In this document: positions 29,123-38,532 of the stretch, in pieces | How the letters are laid out: each line of letters opens with the position of its first letter | Position numbering within the stretch: the stretch's first letter is position 1 | Origin: Vicinamibacterales bacterium | GTDB lineage: Bacteria; Acidobacteriota; Vicinamibacteria; Vicinamibacterales; 2-12-FULL-66-21 | Direction of reading: 5' to 3' | Length of the DNA: 64,000 bases | Assembly (NCBI GenBank): GCA_036556425.1 | Contig: DATBJJ010000002.1 | Span: 1,521 to 65,520, forward strand | The notes under the pieces: generated by a model | What the model saw: the letters and a program-made list of their open reading frames with translations, nothing else | Told to the model about the DNA's origin: nothing | Database searches by the model: none | Translations under genes and position numbers: made by a program

Positions 29123-30547
29123 ATGCCTTCGAGCATGCCGTCCGGTTCCCATTCCCCGACGCTTCTCGTCGTCGACGACGAAGCTGCCATCCGCAACATC
29201 TTGAAAGAGGTGGCACAAAAGGTCGGCTTCCAGGTGGTCACGTGCCCGGGCGGGCGCGAAGCGCTCGATCACCTGCGCGATCACCACGCGGACATGGCAG
29301 CCGTCGATCTGCAGATGCCGGGGATCGGCGGAATGGACGTGCTGCGCGCGATCCGCGAAACCGATCCGGATTGTCAGGTGTTGCTCATGACGGGCCGCGC
29401 GACGATCGAAAGCGCCGTCGAAGCCGTCAAGCTCGGCGCGATCGATTACCTGACGAAGCCGCTCAACTTCGATCGCATCAAGGAACTGCTGACGAACGTC
29501 CGCGAGAGCGCGTCGAAGCGGCAGCGGCTGCTCGAGGCAGAGCAGCAGGCCGCGAAGAATGCCGAGTTCTGCGGCATGATCGGGCGAGGTCCGGCGATGC
29601 TGGAGCTGTTCGGGCTGATCCAGCGGCTCGCGCCCCACGTTCGCACCGCGCTCATCACGGGAGAGACGGGTACCGGCAAGGAGCTCGTCGCCCGCGCGCT
29701 CTATCGATCCGGTCCGCGCCGCGACAAGCGGTTCGTCGTCATCAATTCGTCCGCGATCGTGCCCACGCTCTTCGAGAGCGAGCTGTTCGGCCACGCGCGC
29801 GGTGCGTTCACGGGCGCATCCGACAACAAGCCGGGGCTCTTCGAGTACGCGCACGGCGGCACGCTCTTCCTCGACGAGATCGGCGAGCTTCCGCTGGCGG
29901 TGCAAGCCAAGCTGCTGCGCGTGCTCGAAACGGGCGAAGTGCAGCGCGTCGGCACGATGGAGCCGAGGCGCGTCGACGTCCACGTGCTCGCGGCAACGAA
30001 CCGCGATCTCGCCGGCGAGGTCGCGGCTGGCCGATTCCGCGCCGACCTCCTGTACCGCCTCAACGTCGTCGAGGTTCACGTGCCGCCGCTTCGCGAGCGG
30101 CGGGAAGACATTCCCTATTTGACGGCGGCGTTCGTGCGAGAATCGGCGGCGCGTCTGGGAAAGCGGTTGAGCGGTTTGACGCCCTCGGCGGAGCGAACGC
30201 TCATGAGCGCGCGCTGGGACGGCAACGTGCGCGAGCTGCGGAACGTGATCGAGCGCGCGTGCATCCTCGCCGATGGAGAATTCGTCACCGAACGGGAGCT
30301 GACGCAGGGGCGGCCGCGCGCCGCGCCCAGCGCGGAGCCGATCGCGGCCGCGTCGGCGGACGACGAAGCCGCGGAAGATGGCCCGTTGTCGTCGATCGAG
30401 CGCGAGCACATCGTGCGCGTGATGGAAAGCGTGGGCGGCAATAAGATGTCTGCGGCGCGCATTCTGGGAATTGGACGCCGCGCGCTCTATCGGCGCCTCG
30501 AGCGCTACGGGATCGGGACCATCGAAAAGCGCGACAAGCGCAAGTGA
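29123..30547 (+). CDS. Sigma54-dependent response regulator (NtrC family: receiver, AAA+, Fis-type HTH)
   Basis: LLVVDDEAAIRN..DLQMPGIGG, Walker A GETGTGKE, ESELFGHARGAFTGA (GAFTGA loop), and C-terminal NKMSAARILGIGRRALYRRL. Confidence 0.92.
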   Translation: MPSSMPSGSHSPTLLVVDDEAAIRNILKEVAQKVGFQVVTCPGGREALDHLRDHHADMAAVDLQMPGIGGMDVLRAIRETDPDCQVLLMTGRATIESAVEAVKLGAIDYLTKPLNFDRIKELLTNVRESASKRQRLLEAEQQAAKNAEFCGMIGRGPAMLELFGLIQRLAPHVRTALITGETGTGKELVARALYRSGPRRDKRFVVINSSAIVPTLFESELFGHARGAFTGASDNKPGLFEYAHGGTLFLDEIGELPLAVQAKLLRVLETGEVQRVGTMEPRRVDVHVLAATNRDLAGEVAAGRFRADLLYRLNVVEVHVPPLRERREDIPYLTAAFVRESAARLGKRLSGLTPSAERTLMSARWDGNVRELRNVIERACILADGEFVTERELTQGRPRAAPSAEPIAAASADDEAAEDGPLSSIEREHIVRVMESVGGNKMSAARILGIGRRALYRRLERYGIGTIEKRDKRK

Positions 30548-31347
30548 CAGCAGCGAAAGCAGCCGACATGATTCCGAGCGCAGACAAGTTCCTCAAGGTG
30601 CGGATCACGACGCGAGACGACTTCGCCGACGACCTCTGGATGATCCGCGTCGATCCCGGAACGGAGTTCAAGTTCGCCGCCGGACAGTACGCGACGCTCG
30701 GCGTCGAGAACGAGAAAGGGCTCGTCGAGCGCGCGTATTCGATCGTGTCGTCGCCGTACGAGCGGGAGCTGGAGTTCTTCTTCGAGCTCGTGCCCAAGGG
30801 GGAGCTGACACCGCTCCTCTACAAGCTCAACCCGGGCGAAACGCTGACGGCGCGCAAGGTCGCGAAGGGCCGCTTCACGCTCGACACGACGAGCGGACGG
30901 ACGAATCATTTTCTCTTGTGCACGGTGACCGGAGTCGCGCCGTTCGTCAGCTTCGCCCGCGGACTGATGACCGACTGGAAGGCCGGACGATTCAAGGGCG
31001 AGCACAAGCTGTACGTCGTCCACGGCGCGAGCCATTCGCGCGAGTTCGGGTACCGGGACGAGATGGAGCGAATCGCCGCGGACATGCCGTGGCTGACCTA
31101 CGTGCCGACGATCAGCCGGCCGTGGGACGATCCCGAGTGGCCGAACGAAACTGGACGCGTCGACGATCTGATCCGCAAGTACTCCGATCTATGGGAGCTC
31201 GACACGAATACGACGACCGCGTATCTCTGCGGTCATCCCGAGATGGTGGAGCACGGCAAGGCGATTCTGCGCAGGCGCGGGTGGAAGAAAGAAGCGTTGA
31301 AGGAAGAGATCTATTTCGTGCCGGCGAAGCCGGGCGCGACCGAGTAA
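30544..31347 (+). CDS. Ferredoxin--NADP(+) reductase-type flavoprotein (Fpr-like)
   Basis: FAD motif ERAYSIVSSP and NAD(P) motif LLCTVTGVAPFVSF. C-terminal EEIYFVP. GTG 30544 overlaps the upstream stop. An alternative ATG lies at 30568. Confidence 0.8.
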   Translation: MTAAKAADMIPSADKFLKVRITTRDDFADDLWMIRVDPGTEFKFAAGQYATLGVENEKGLVERAYSIVSSPYERELEFFFELVPKGELTPLLYKLNPGETLTARKVAKGRFTLDTTSGRTNHFLLCTVTGVAPFVSFARGLMTDWKAGRFKGEHKLYVVHGASHSREFGYRDEMERIAADMPWLTYVPTISRPWDDPEWPNETGRVDDLIRKYSDLWELDTNTTTAYLCGHPEMVEHGKAILRRRGWKKEALKEEIYFVPAKPGATE

Positions 31348-31358
31348 GAGGTGGGACG

Positions 31359-32177
31359 ATGCTCAAAGCTGCGACGTTGTCGGTGATTGTTCTCGCCGGT
31401 GCGGCGGCCGCGCCGGCGTTCGCGCAAACGGCGCCCGATCAGTACAAGCCGACGGTCGGACAGCCGGGAAAAGACGCCGTGTGGGTTCCGACGTCGCCGG
31501 CGCTCGTCGAGAAGATGCTCGACATGGCGAAGGTGACGGCGTCGGACTTCGTGATGGATCTCGGCTCGGGCGACGGACGCAACGTCATCGCCGCCGCGAA
31601 GCGCGGCGCGCGCGGGGTGGGCGTCGAGTACAACCCGGATCTCGTCGTGTACTCGAACCGCATCGCGGAGAAGGAAGGCGTCGCCGACAAGGCGAAGTTC
31701 GTGCAGGGCGATATGTACGCGGCGGACATCTCGAAAGCATCGGTGCTCGCGCTGTTCTTGTTGACGGAGAACCTCGATCGGCTGGTGCCGAAGTTCCTCG
31801 ATCTTCGTCCGGGCACGCGCATCGTCGCCAACACGTTCGGCATCACGGGATGGACGCCCGACGAGACGCAACAGCTCGAGCACGATTGCACGAACTGGTG
31901 CACGTCGCTCTTGTGGATCGTGCCGGCGAAAGTGCAGGGAGCGTGGACGGTGCCCAACACCGGCGAGCTGTCGCTGAAGCAGGAATTCCAGATGGTGACG
32001 GGCACGCTGACGATCGGCGGCGCGGCGAAATCGATCAGCAACGCCCGCCTGCGCGGCGATCAGATTCGATTCACCGCCGACGGCGCGGACTACGAAGGAC
32101 GCGTGAACGGCAAGGCTATCGAAGGAACGGTCACGAAGAACGGCGCGACCAGCAAGTGGACAGCGATGAAGAAGTGA
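31359..32177 (+). CDS. Class I SAM-dependent methyltransferase-like protein with N-terminal signal peptide
   Basis: MLKAATLSVIVLAGAAAAPAFAQ, then motif I VMDLGSGDGR and VGVEYNPD. An extra ~90-aa C-terminal beta-rich domain. Confidence 0.7.
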   Translation: MLKAATLSVIVLAGAAAAPAFAQTAPDQYKPTVGQPGKDAVWVPTSPALVEKMLDMAKVTASDFVMDLGSGDGRNVIAAAKRGARGVGVEYNPDLVVYSNRIAEKEGVADKAKFVQGDMYAADISKASVLALFLLTENLDRLVPKFLDLRPGTRIVANTFGITGWTPDETQQLEHDCTNWCTSLLWIVPAKVQGAWTVPNTGELSLKQEFQMVTGTLTIGGAAKSISNARLRGDQIRFTADGADYEGRVNGKAIEGTVTKNGATSKWTAMKK

Positions 32178-32338
32178 GTCGGCAGTCGTCAGTCGACAGT
32201 CGTCAGTCGCAGTCGGTAGTCGCAGTCGGCAGTCGACAGTCGCGCTGTGATACGATCGCACTTCGTGTTGCGACTCTCGACCGTCGACTGTGACTGTCGA
32301 CTCCGACTGTCGATCGACGACTAGCGACTGTCGACTGC
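32177..32338. repeat. Heptamer-array inverted repeat, GACTNNC family (locus R3)
   Basis: Left arm agtcggc agtcgtc agtcgac ..., right arm gcgactctcgaccgtcgactgtgactgtcgact... It starts at the methyltransferase stop codon and ends 7 nt before the tRNA. Confidence 0.9.
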
Positions 32339-32345
32339 AACGTGT

Positions 32346-32419
<74 letters not shown>

Positions 32420-32630
32420 CTTTATTATCCGGGGGGCTTCGCCCCGCCGGACCTCCTACACGCGCGCTGCGCTCGTTCGTGTGAACGGGCGCTTCCTCCC
32501 TCGCATTCCCTGATCTCCTCCTCGACGTAAGGTTCGTCGACCGCTGCGATCCACCAGCGCGGCCGTTCACTATTGTCGATCTCGTCGACGGTCGATCGAC
32601 GTATGAATAGAACTTAGAGAGGAGTGTCTC

Positions 32631-34013
32631 GTGTCACACGCAACGTCATCACTTTTGATTCCAACGCTCCGCGCGGAGCTCAACGGCAGCGTGATCGCGC
32701 CGGGGGATAGCGGGTACGACAACGCTCGAACGATCTTCTTGGGTGGATTCGATGTTCGCCCGGCCGTGATCGTCCGGCCGAACGACGCGGCAGGCGTCGC
32801 GCGCGTGATTGCGCTCGCGCGCGAGACGGGCCTTCCGCTCGCCGTCAGGAGCGGGGGCCACAGCGGCGCGGGCTACAGCACCGTCGAAGACGGCATTATG
32901 CTCGACGTGCGCGGCCTCAGAGCGCTCGACGTCGACGCGAAAGCACGAACGGCGTGGGCGGGATCGGGCCTGACGGCCGGCGAGTACTCGCGAGCCGTCG
33001 GCGAGCAGGGTCTCGCGACGGGCTTCGGCGACACCGGCTCCGTCGGCCTCGGCGGCATCACGCTCGGCGGCGGAATTGGATACCTCACGCGCAAGCATGG
33101 AATGACGATCGACAGCGTCCTCGCCGCGGAGCTCGTGACGGCCGCGGGCGGCGTGATTCACGTGGACGACGCATCGCATCCCGATCTCTTCTGGGCGATC
33201 CGCGGAGGCGGCGGCAACTTCGGCGTCGTCACGCGCTTCAAGTACCGCCTGCATCCCGTCGATCGCGTGGTCGGAGGCATGCTGCTGTTGCCGGCGACGC
33301 CGGAGGTGATCGTCGGAATCATCGATCGTGCGTGGGAAGCGCCGGAAGAGTTGTCGCTCATCGCGAACGTCATGCCGGCGCCGCCGATGCCGTTCGTCCC
33401 GCAGGAGCATCATGGGCGTCTGTCCGTCATGATCCTTTTGTGCTACGCCGGCGACGAAGAGTCGGGCGCGCGCGCGGTCGCGCCGCTGCGCTCGCTCGCA
33501 GCGCCAATCGTCGACATGGTCCGGCCAATCCGCTATCCGGAAATGTTTCCGCCCGACGATCCGTCGTACCATCCGGCCGCGATCTCGCGGACGATGTTCA
33601 TCGATCGCGTCGATCGGCCGACGGCGGAGACGATCGTGGGCTATTTGCAGCGATCCGATGCGAGCATGCGCGTCGCGCAGCTGCGCGTGCTCGGCGGCGC
33701 GATGGCGCGCGTCCCGCCGGACGCGACGGCATTCGCTCACCGGCAGAGTCGAATTCTCGTGAACGTCGCCGCGTTCTACGAGGGTCCCGATCGTCCGATG
33801 CGCGAAGCGTGGGTTGCCGAGTTCTCCAAGGCGCTGAACCAAGGAGACGATGGCGCGTACGTCAGCTTCCTCGGAGATGAAGGCGATGCGCGCGTGCGCG
33901 CCGCGTATCCGGGCGCGACGTGGTCACGGCTCGCCGCGGTGAAGGCGAAATACGATCCAGCGAACGTGTTCAGCAGAACCCATAATGTGCTCCCGTCAGT
34001 CGACAGTCGTTAG
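32631..34013 (+). CDS. FAD-linked oxidase (PCMH-type FAD-binding domain + BBE-like C-terminus)
   Basis: GTG start with AGAGGAG upstream. VIVRPNDAAGVARVIALARETGLPLAVRSGGHSGAGYS, and C-terminal KAKYDPANVFSRTHNV. The last codons run into repeat R4. Confidence 0.85.
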   Translation: MSHATSSLLIPTLRAELNGSVIAPGDSGYDNARTIFLGGFDVRPAVIVRPNDAAGVARVIALARETGLPLAVRSGGHSGAGYSTVEDGIMLDVRGLRALDVDAKARTAWAGSGLTAGEYSRAVGEQGLATGFGDTGSVGLGGITLGGGIGYLTRKHGMTIDSVLAAELVTAAGGVIHVDDASHPDLFWAIRGGGGNFGVVTRFKYRLHPVDRVVGGMLLLPATPEVIVGIIDRAWEAPEELSLIANVMPAPPMPFVPQEHHGRLSVMILLCYAGDEESGARAVAPLRSLAAPIVDMVRPIRYPEMFPPDDPSYHPAAISRTMFIDRVDRPTAETIVGYLQRSDASMRVAQLRVLGGAMARVPPDATAFAHRQSRILVNVAAFYEGPDRPMREAWVAEFSKALNQGDDGAYVSFLGDEGDARVRAAYPGATWSRLAAVKAKYDPANVFSRTHNVLPSVDSR

Positions 34014-34233
34014 TCGGCAGTCGAGAGTCACAGTCGACAGTCACAGTCGATCGTCGACAGTCGGAATCGAGGTCGAGCGATTCGTGTTAGGATTAGGGTT
34101 TCGATTCCGCCGTCGTTTGAGACTGTCGACTCTCGACTCTCGACTGAGACTTTCGACTGTCGACTCTCGACTGCGACTTTCGACTGTGACTCTCGACTGC
34201 GACTCTCGACTGCCGACTACCGACTGCCGACTG
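33995..34233. repeat. Heptamer-array inverted repeat, GACTNNC family (locus R4)
   Basis: Left arm cagtcgacagtcgttagtcggcagtcgagagtcacagtcgac..., right arm gactgtcgactctcgactctcgactgagactttcgactgtcgact... It ends 4 nt before the tRNA. Confidence 0.9.
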
Positions 34234-34237
34234 TTAT

Positions 34238-34311
34238 GCGCCCGTAGCTCAATTGGATAGAGCGTCGGCCTCCGGAGCCGAAGGTTGCAGGTTCGAGCCC
34301 TGCCGGGCGCG
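34238..34311 (+). tRNA. tRNA-Arg (anticodon CCG)
   Basis: Hand-folded cloverleaf: acceptor gcgcccg/cgggcgc, anticodon arm tcggc-cTCCGga-gccga, T-arm gcagg-ttcgagc-cctgc. 74 nt. Followed by hairpin cgaggg-gcttcga-ccctcg. Confidence 0.85.
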
Positions 34312-34333
34312 TTTATGAATCGAGGGGCTTCGA

Positions 34334-34352
34334 CCCTCGAACTCCCCTACAC
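34334..34352 (+). repeat. 19-bp direct repeat, copy 1 (ccctcgaactcccctacac)
   Basis: 18/19 identical to 34901-34919. It lies 23 nt downstream of tRNA-Arg(CCG). Confidence 0.75.
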
Positions 34353-34409
34353 GCTCTCTCGCCGCGTTGGGTCTTCGTTCGGTGGCGGGATGAGCGCCGG
34401 TGCTGCTGA

Positions 34410-34838
34410 TTAGTCGGGCACTCTTTTCCCCACACCGCGCTTGATAGTCTGACTCTTCTCGAGCATTTGCGCCGTTCTCATGGTGTCACCGTCCATGATT
34501 AATGAAATGACGGCCCATATCGGCGCTCCGTTTTCGCGCATTCCAGCCTGATGGCTGATCGTGAACACCAGCATCTCTCCGTCCTTGAAGATGCCGGTCG
34601 CCTCGATCGCAGGGAACTTGCCGATCTGAACGCTTGCGCCGATAACGCCGTTCTTCTGCGAGACTCTTATTGTCTGCTGCGAACCTTTTAAGGCCTCCGG
34701 CTCCGTCATCGTGAACGCCCACGTTCCAACGAACGCAGCCAACTGTGCGTCAGGAGTCGGCGATTTTTGCCCGCTCGCGACTGCTGTCACGAGCACAACA
34801 AGCAGGGCCGCCGTCGTAAGGATTTTTCGGTGCGCCAT
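34410..34838 (-). CDS. Hypothetical small secreted protein (visibly lower GC than surroundings)
   Basis: MAHRKILTTAALLVVLVTAVASGQ signal peptide. 142 aa, beta-rich. I recognise no family motif. Confidence 0.65.
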   Translation of the reverse strand: MAHRKILTTAALLVVLVTAVASGQKSPTPDAQLAAFVGTWAFTMTEPEALKGSQQTIRVSQKNGVIGASVQIGKFPAIEATGIFKDGEMLVFTISHQAGMRENGAPIWAVISLIMDGDTMRTAQMLEKSQTIKRGVGKRVPD

Positions 34839-34900
34839 CGTTCGTCTCCGCTAGACGAAACCTCGCCGAAGCTCGAACAACGTGAGCGGGCTCTCGCGCG

Positions 34901-34919
34901 CCCTCGAACTCCCTTACAC
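34901..34919 (+). repeat. 19-bp direct repeat, copy 2 (ccctcgaactcccttacac)
   Basis: Matches 34334-34352. It overlaps the stop codon of the FkbM-like gene. Confidence 0.75.
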
Positions 34920-35801
34920 TCCCAGCGCCGATGAGATCCCGCTGAACAAGAGGAAGGTGAAGAAAAACGGATCGTGCCAGTCCTCCGCGCCGGAAGGACG
35001 GCTCTGATCGATCCACGCGCGGTGCCAGCGATGAGGGTGGAACTTCGCGGCGAGTGTGCCGAAGACGCGCTGCGCGAGCGTACGGCGCTGCGGCAGCGGT
35101 TCTTCGCCCAGCGTGCGGACGAAATCGTCCTGTCCGTACGCACGCAGCGCGAGGGCGAATCGCGAGCGATCCGCCGGCGCGATCTCCTCGCGATAGTAGA
35201 GCGCATCGCCATGAACGACGGTGCCGCCCGCCGACCCTTCGAAGGTGCGTCGCCACGCCGATCGCCGGATGCCGAGCAGCATGAAGCCTTCGTCGCGCAG
35301 AAAGCGATCGACGTCGCCGAAGAGCGGCTGCCCGAGATAGAGCGGATTGAATTCAACTTCCATCTCGACGAGGAACGCGTGCGACAACGCGTCGCGGCCG
35401 CCTCGCAGAACGTGCAGCTCGGAGCCCTGCGTATCGATCTTGATGACGTCGGGGCTGATGCGCTCGCGGTCGCACAGGCTGTCGAGCGTCGTGAGCGTCA
35501 ACGGAACCGTCCGTTCGATGGTGAACTCCTCGCCATACGGAAACTGCGCGAGAAACGCGCGGTTCGGCTGGAGCACCGACGAGCAGCCTCGGTGCCGCGT
35601 CAAATAGAGCGTCGCGTGTTCGCCGTCGCACGCGCCGAGCGCCGCGGCGATAGGCCGGAACTGGACCGGGAACGTCAGCCGCGCGAGACGCGCGCATTCG
35701 TCGGCGTCAGCTTCGACGCCGACGACGTCGACCATTTGCGCGAAGGGATACCACCGTGGATCGGGTCCGCCGCGCACGCCGATGTCGAGGACCGTCAGCA
35801 T
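34914..35801 (-). CDS. FkbM-family methyltransferase
   Basis: VLDIGVRGG..., CDGEHATLYLTRHRGCSSVL, VIKIDTQGSELHVLRG and EVEFNPLY, typical of Methyltransf_21/FkbM. Confidence 0.75.
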   Translation of the reverse strand: MLTVLDIGVRGGPDPRWYPFAQMVDVVGVEADADECARLARLTFPVQFRPIAAALGACDGEHATLYLTRHRGCSSVLQPNRAFLAQFPYGEEFTIERTVPLTLTTLDSLCDRERISPDVIKIDTQGSELHVLRGGRDALSHAFLVEMEVEFNPLYLGQPLFGDVDRFLRDEGFMLLGIRRSAWRRTFEGSAGGTVVHGDALYYREEIAPADRSRFALALRAYGQDDFVRTLGEEPLPQRRTLAQRVFGTLAAKFHPHRWHRAWIDQSRPSGAEDWHDPFFFTFLLFSGISSALGV

Positions 35802-35955
35802 GCCACCTCGGAAAGAGGAATGAGCCTACCGCCGGACGGCGGCCGACGACAAGCGAATTACGACATAACGGTGTAAAGATCGGAAAGTTCAGGCAGTCAC
35901 GAATTGTCCGCTTCGATCGTGATGCGCGGGATACGGGATCGCGTCGGCGGCCGGG

Positions 35956-36333
35956 TCAGCGCGATCGCGGATCGGGGAGTGGATTCTTCGCGAAGCAGAG
36001 ATCTTTCACGATGCGGCCGCCGATGAGGTGCTCTTGAATGATCCGCTCGGCGTTGTCGGGCGTGACGTCGCGGTACCACGTCCCCTCGGGATAGACGACG
36101 CAGATCGGACCGTCGGTGCAGATGCGAAGGCATTGCACCTTCGTGCGGTAGAAGGGGCCGTCGGCGCCAGTAATGTTGAGCTCCTTCATCCGCTTCTTCA
36201 GATAGTCCCAGGTCCGCTCGCCGTCGTCGCGATCGCAGCAGTCGGGACCGAGGCAGAGAAACAGATGCCGCGTGAGCTTGCCGACGCCGAACGCTTCCGC
36301 CGCGAGCTCGGGTGTCTTGAACTTCTTGCCCAT
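35956..36333 (-). CDS. Thioredoxin-like [2Fe-2S] ferredoxin domain protein
   Basis: 125 aa. Cys pattern [11 protein letters not shown] ... [22 protein letters not shown] is characteristic of this family. Confidence 0.75.
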   Translation of the reverse strand: MGKKFKTPELAAEAFGVGKLTRHLFLCLGPDCCDRDDGERTWDYLKKRMKELNITGADGPFYRTKVQCLRICTDGPICVVYPEGTWYRDVTPDNAERIIQEHLIGGRIVKDLCFAKNPLPDPRSR

Positions 36334-36359
36334 CCGCACGCGATCATATCGCAGCGCGC

Positions 36360-38378
36360 TCAGGCGTACTTCCGGAAGACGGCTTCGAGATTGGCTGGTT
36401 TTCCAGTGCGCAGCCGCGCCCACAGATCGCCGACCTCGCGAAAGCGCGACGGCGCCGTGACGATCGTGTAGTCGCGCGGATCGATTCCTTCGTCGATCTC
36501 TTTCCAGGTGAGCGGCGTCGAAACGCCGGCGTAGTCGCTCGCGCGCGCGCTGTACGCCGTCGCGAGCGTCTTGCCGAGAATGTTCTGCAGGAAGTCGACG
36601 TAGACCGTGCCGCGCGGGCGGCGCTTCACCATGCGCTCGACCGTCGCGACCTTCGGGTGCTTCGCCGCGACGACGGTTGCGACGATCTGGCAGAAGAGCT
36701 GTCCCGATTCGTACGAGGTGCCGGGCGGCAGCGGCACGTAGATGTGCAGCCCGCTCGATCCCGACGTCTTCGGCACCGCAGTGACCTTCAGCGAGTCGAG
36801 CTCGTCGCGCACCCACCGCGCCACGTCGAGCACGCGCGAGAACGGCGTGTGGTCGTCGGGATCGAGATCGAGCGCGACGTAGTCGGCGTCGAGCGGCGAC
36901 TGCACGCGCGAGAACCAGGGATCCTGCGAGATGGCGGCAAGCTGCGTCATGTAGAGCAGCGTGATCAGGTTGCCGCCGATGAATCGCTTCGCGCCCGGTC
37001 CGGCGACCGGATCGAGATCTTCTGGCAGCACCTCGACGCGAACGCCTTCCGGCGGCTGTTCCTGCTGTTTCTTCTGCTGATAGAACGCCGCCCCGTCGAC
37101 GCCGTGCGGAAAGCGTTTCATCACGAGCGCCCGATCCTCCACCGCGGGCAAGGCGAACGGCGCGACGGTCGCGTAGTAGCGGAGCAGGTCGCCCTTCGTC
37201 AGCTTCAGCTTCGGCCAGAACGGTTTCGCGAGATTCGTGACGCCCAGGCGCGTGCCGTCCGGGAGCGCGATGGTCCCGTCCTTGCGCGCGTCCTCGAGCG
37301 CCTGCAGTTGCGCGACGACCGGCGACGTGTCGAGCTCGGGGTCTTTCTTCTTCGCCTTTCGTTTTCGATCGGTTTTCACGACTTCCCGCACGACCTGTTT
37401 GGCCATCTTGTCGTCCCGCAATCCGAGATACACCGGATGGCGCAGCTTGCGATCGTCGGTCCATTCGGTGAAGCGCACCTGCGCGACCAATTCCGGTTTC
37501 GCCCAATGCGCGGGCTCGTTCGTCTTGATCGGTCCGTTGAACGGAGAGACGCGCGTTTCGCGCGTCTTGAGCAGCTTCGAGACGCGATCGAGCTCACGCT
37601 GGTCGAAGCCGGTACCGGTGTGTCCGACGTATGTGAGGCCTGACTTGCCGTCCTCGTGAACCCCGAGCAGGAGCGCGCCGAAATGGGCGCGCGTCTGGCG
37701 CGGCTCCGTCCAGCCGCCCACGACGAACTCCTGCTGCTGGACGATCTTCATCTTGCGCCAGGTCGGACTGCGTCGTCCCGACTGATACGGCGCGGCGGCC
37801 TCCTTGACGATGAGGCCCTCCCAGCCTTCGCGCGTCGCGCGGTCGTGCAGCGCGCGGCCGTCGTTGAACGCCTGCTCGCTCAAGCGAAGCGTCTTCGAAT
37901 GCGCGGGCTCGAACAGCCGCTCGAGACGCGCGCGGCGCTCGGTCAGCGGCAGCCCGCGAAGATCGTCGTTTCCGTCGCGGAGCAGATCGAACGCGATGAG
38001 CGCGACCGGCTGCTCGCGATCGATCCGCTCGACCTCTTTCGCGCCCGCGAGATGAATCCGCCCTTGCAGCCGTTGGAATCCCGTCGGCCGTCCGTCGCGA
38101 TCGAGCGCGACGATCTCGCCGTCGATCACGAGCGGCCGTCCGGCCGCCGCGCCGAGCCGCTCGAGCGCCGACACGATCGACGGAAACTGCGACGTCTTCT
38201 CGTTGCCGAGGCGCGACCAGAGGTGCACCGCGGCGCCACCGCGCGACGGCGTCAGTTCGGCGATAGCGCGAATGCCGTCGTACTTCGGTTCGTAAACGAG
38301 GTTCTTGCCGGTGAGCGGTGGGTCGGCGAGCGTGGCCAGCATGGGCCGCGCGCCTCCAGGCTTCTCGCGCCAGATCAC
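36360..38378 (-). CDS. ligD: DNA ligase D, two-domain form (ATP-dependent ligase + primase-polymerase; no phosphoesterase domain seen)
   Basis: PMLATL, adenylation motif [14 protein letters not shown], and an OB-fold region. The C-terminal half has LigD-Pol features ([31 protein letters not shown]). GTG 38378 or ATG 38342. Confidence 0.9.
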   Translation of the reverse strand: MIWREKPGGARPMLATLADPPLTGKNLVYEPKYDGIRAIAELTPSRGGAAVHLWSRLGNEKTSQFPSIVSALERLGAAAGRPLVIDGEIVALDRDGRPTGFQRLQGRIHLAGAKEVERIDREQPVALIAFDLLRDGNDDLRGLPLTERRARLERLFEPAHSKTLRLSEQAFNDGRALHDRATREGWEGLIVKEAAAPYQSGRRSPTWRKMKIVQQQEFVVGGWTEPRQTRAHFGALLLGVHEDGKSGLTYVGHTGTGFDQRELDRVSKLLKTRETRVSPFNGPIKTNEPAHWAKPELVAQVRFTEWTDDRKLRHPVYLGLRDDKMAKQVVREVVKTDRKRKAKKKDPELDTSPVVAQLQALEDARKDGTIALPDGTRLGVTNLAKPFWPKLKLTKGDLLRYYATVAPFALPAVEDRALVMKRFPHGVDGAAFYQQKKQQEQPPEGVRVEVLPEDLDPVAGPGAKRFIGGNLITLLYMTQLAAISQDPWFSRVQSPLDADYVALDLDPDDHTPFSRVLDVARWVRDELDSLKVTAVPKTSGSSGLHIYVPLPPGTSYESGQLFCQIVATVVAAKHPKVATVERMVKRRPRGTVYVDFLQNILGKTLATAYSARASDYAGVSTPLTWKEIDEGIDPRDYTIVTAPSRFREVGDLWARLRTGKPANLEAVFRKYA

Positions 38379-38453
38379 GGAGCGAGCATATAGAAAATCG
38401 TGCGGCGGCGGGTCCGGGGGACGAACTCCCCGAAAAAAGGAAATCGGTCGCCA

Positions 38454-38532
38454 AGTATTCGGAGACTGACGAACGCGGGCAGGGCGGGAGGAGGATGCCC
38501 TAGCTCCACATCTGACTCAATCTCCGAATACT
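38454..38532. promoter_or_regulatory. Perfect 12-bp inverted repeat agtattcggaga ... tctccgaatact with a 55-nt G-rich spacer, in the ligD/ku divergent region
   Basis: Read directly. The spacer contains gggcagggcgggaggagg. It could be an operator pair or an RNA stem. Confidence 0.5.
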
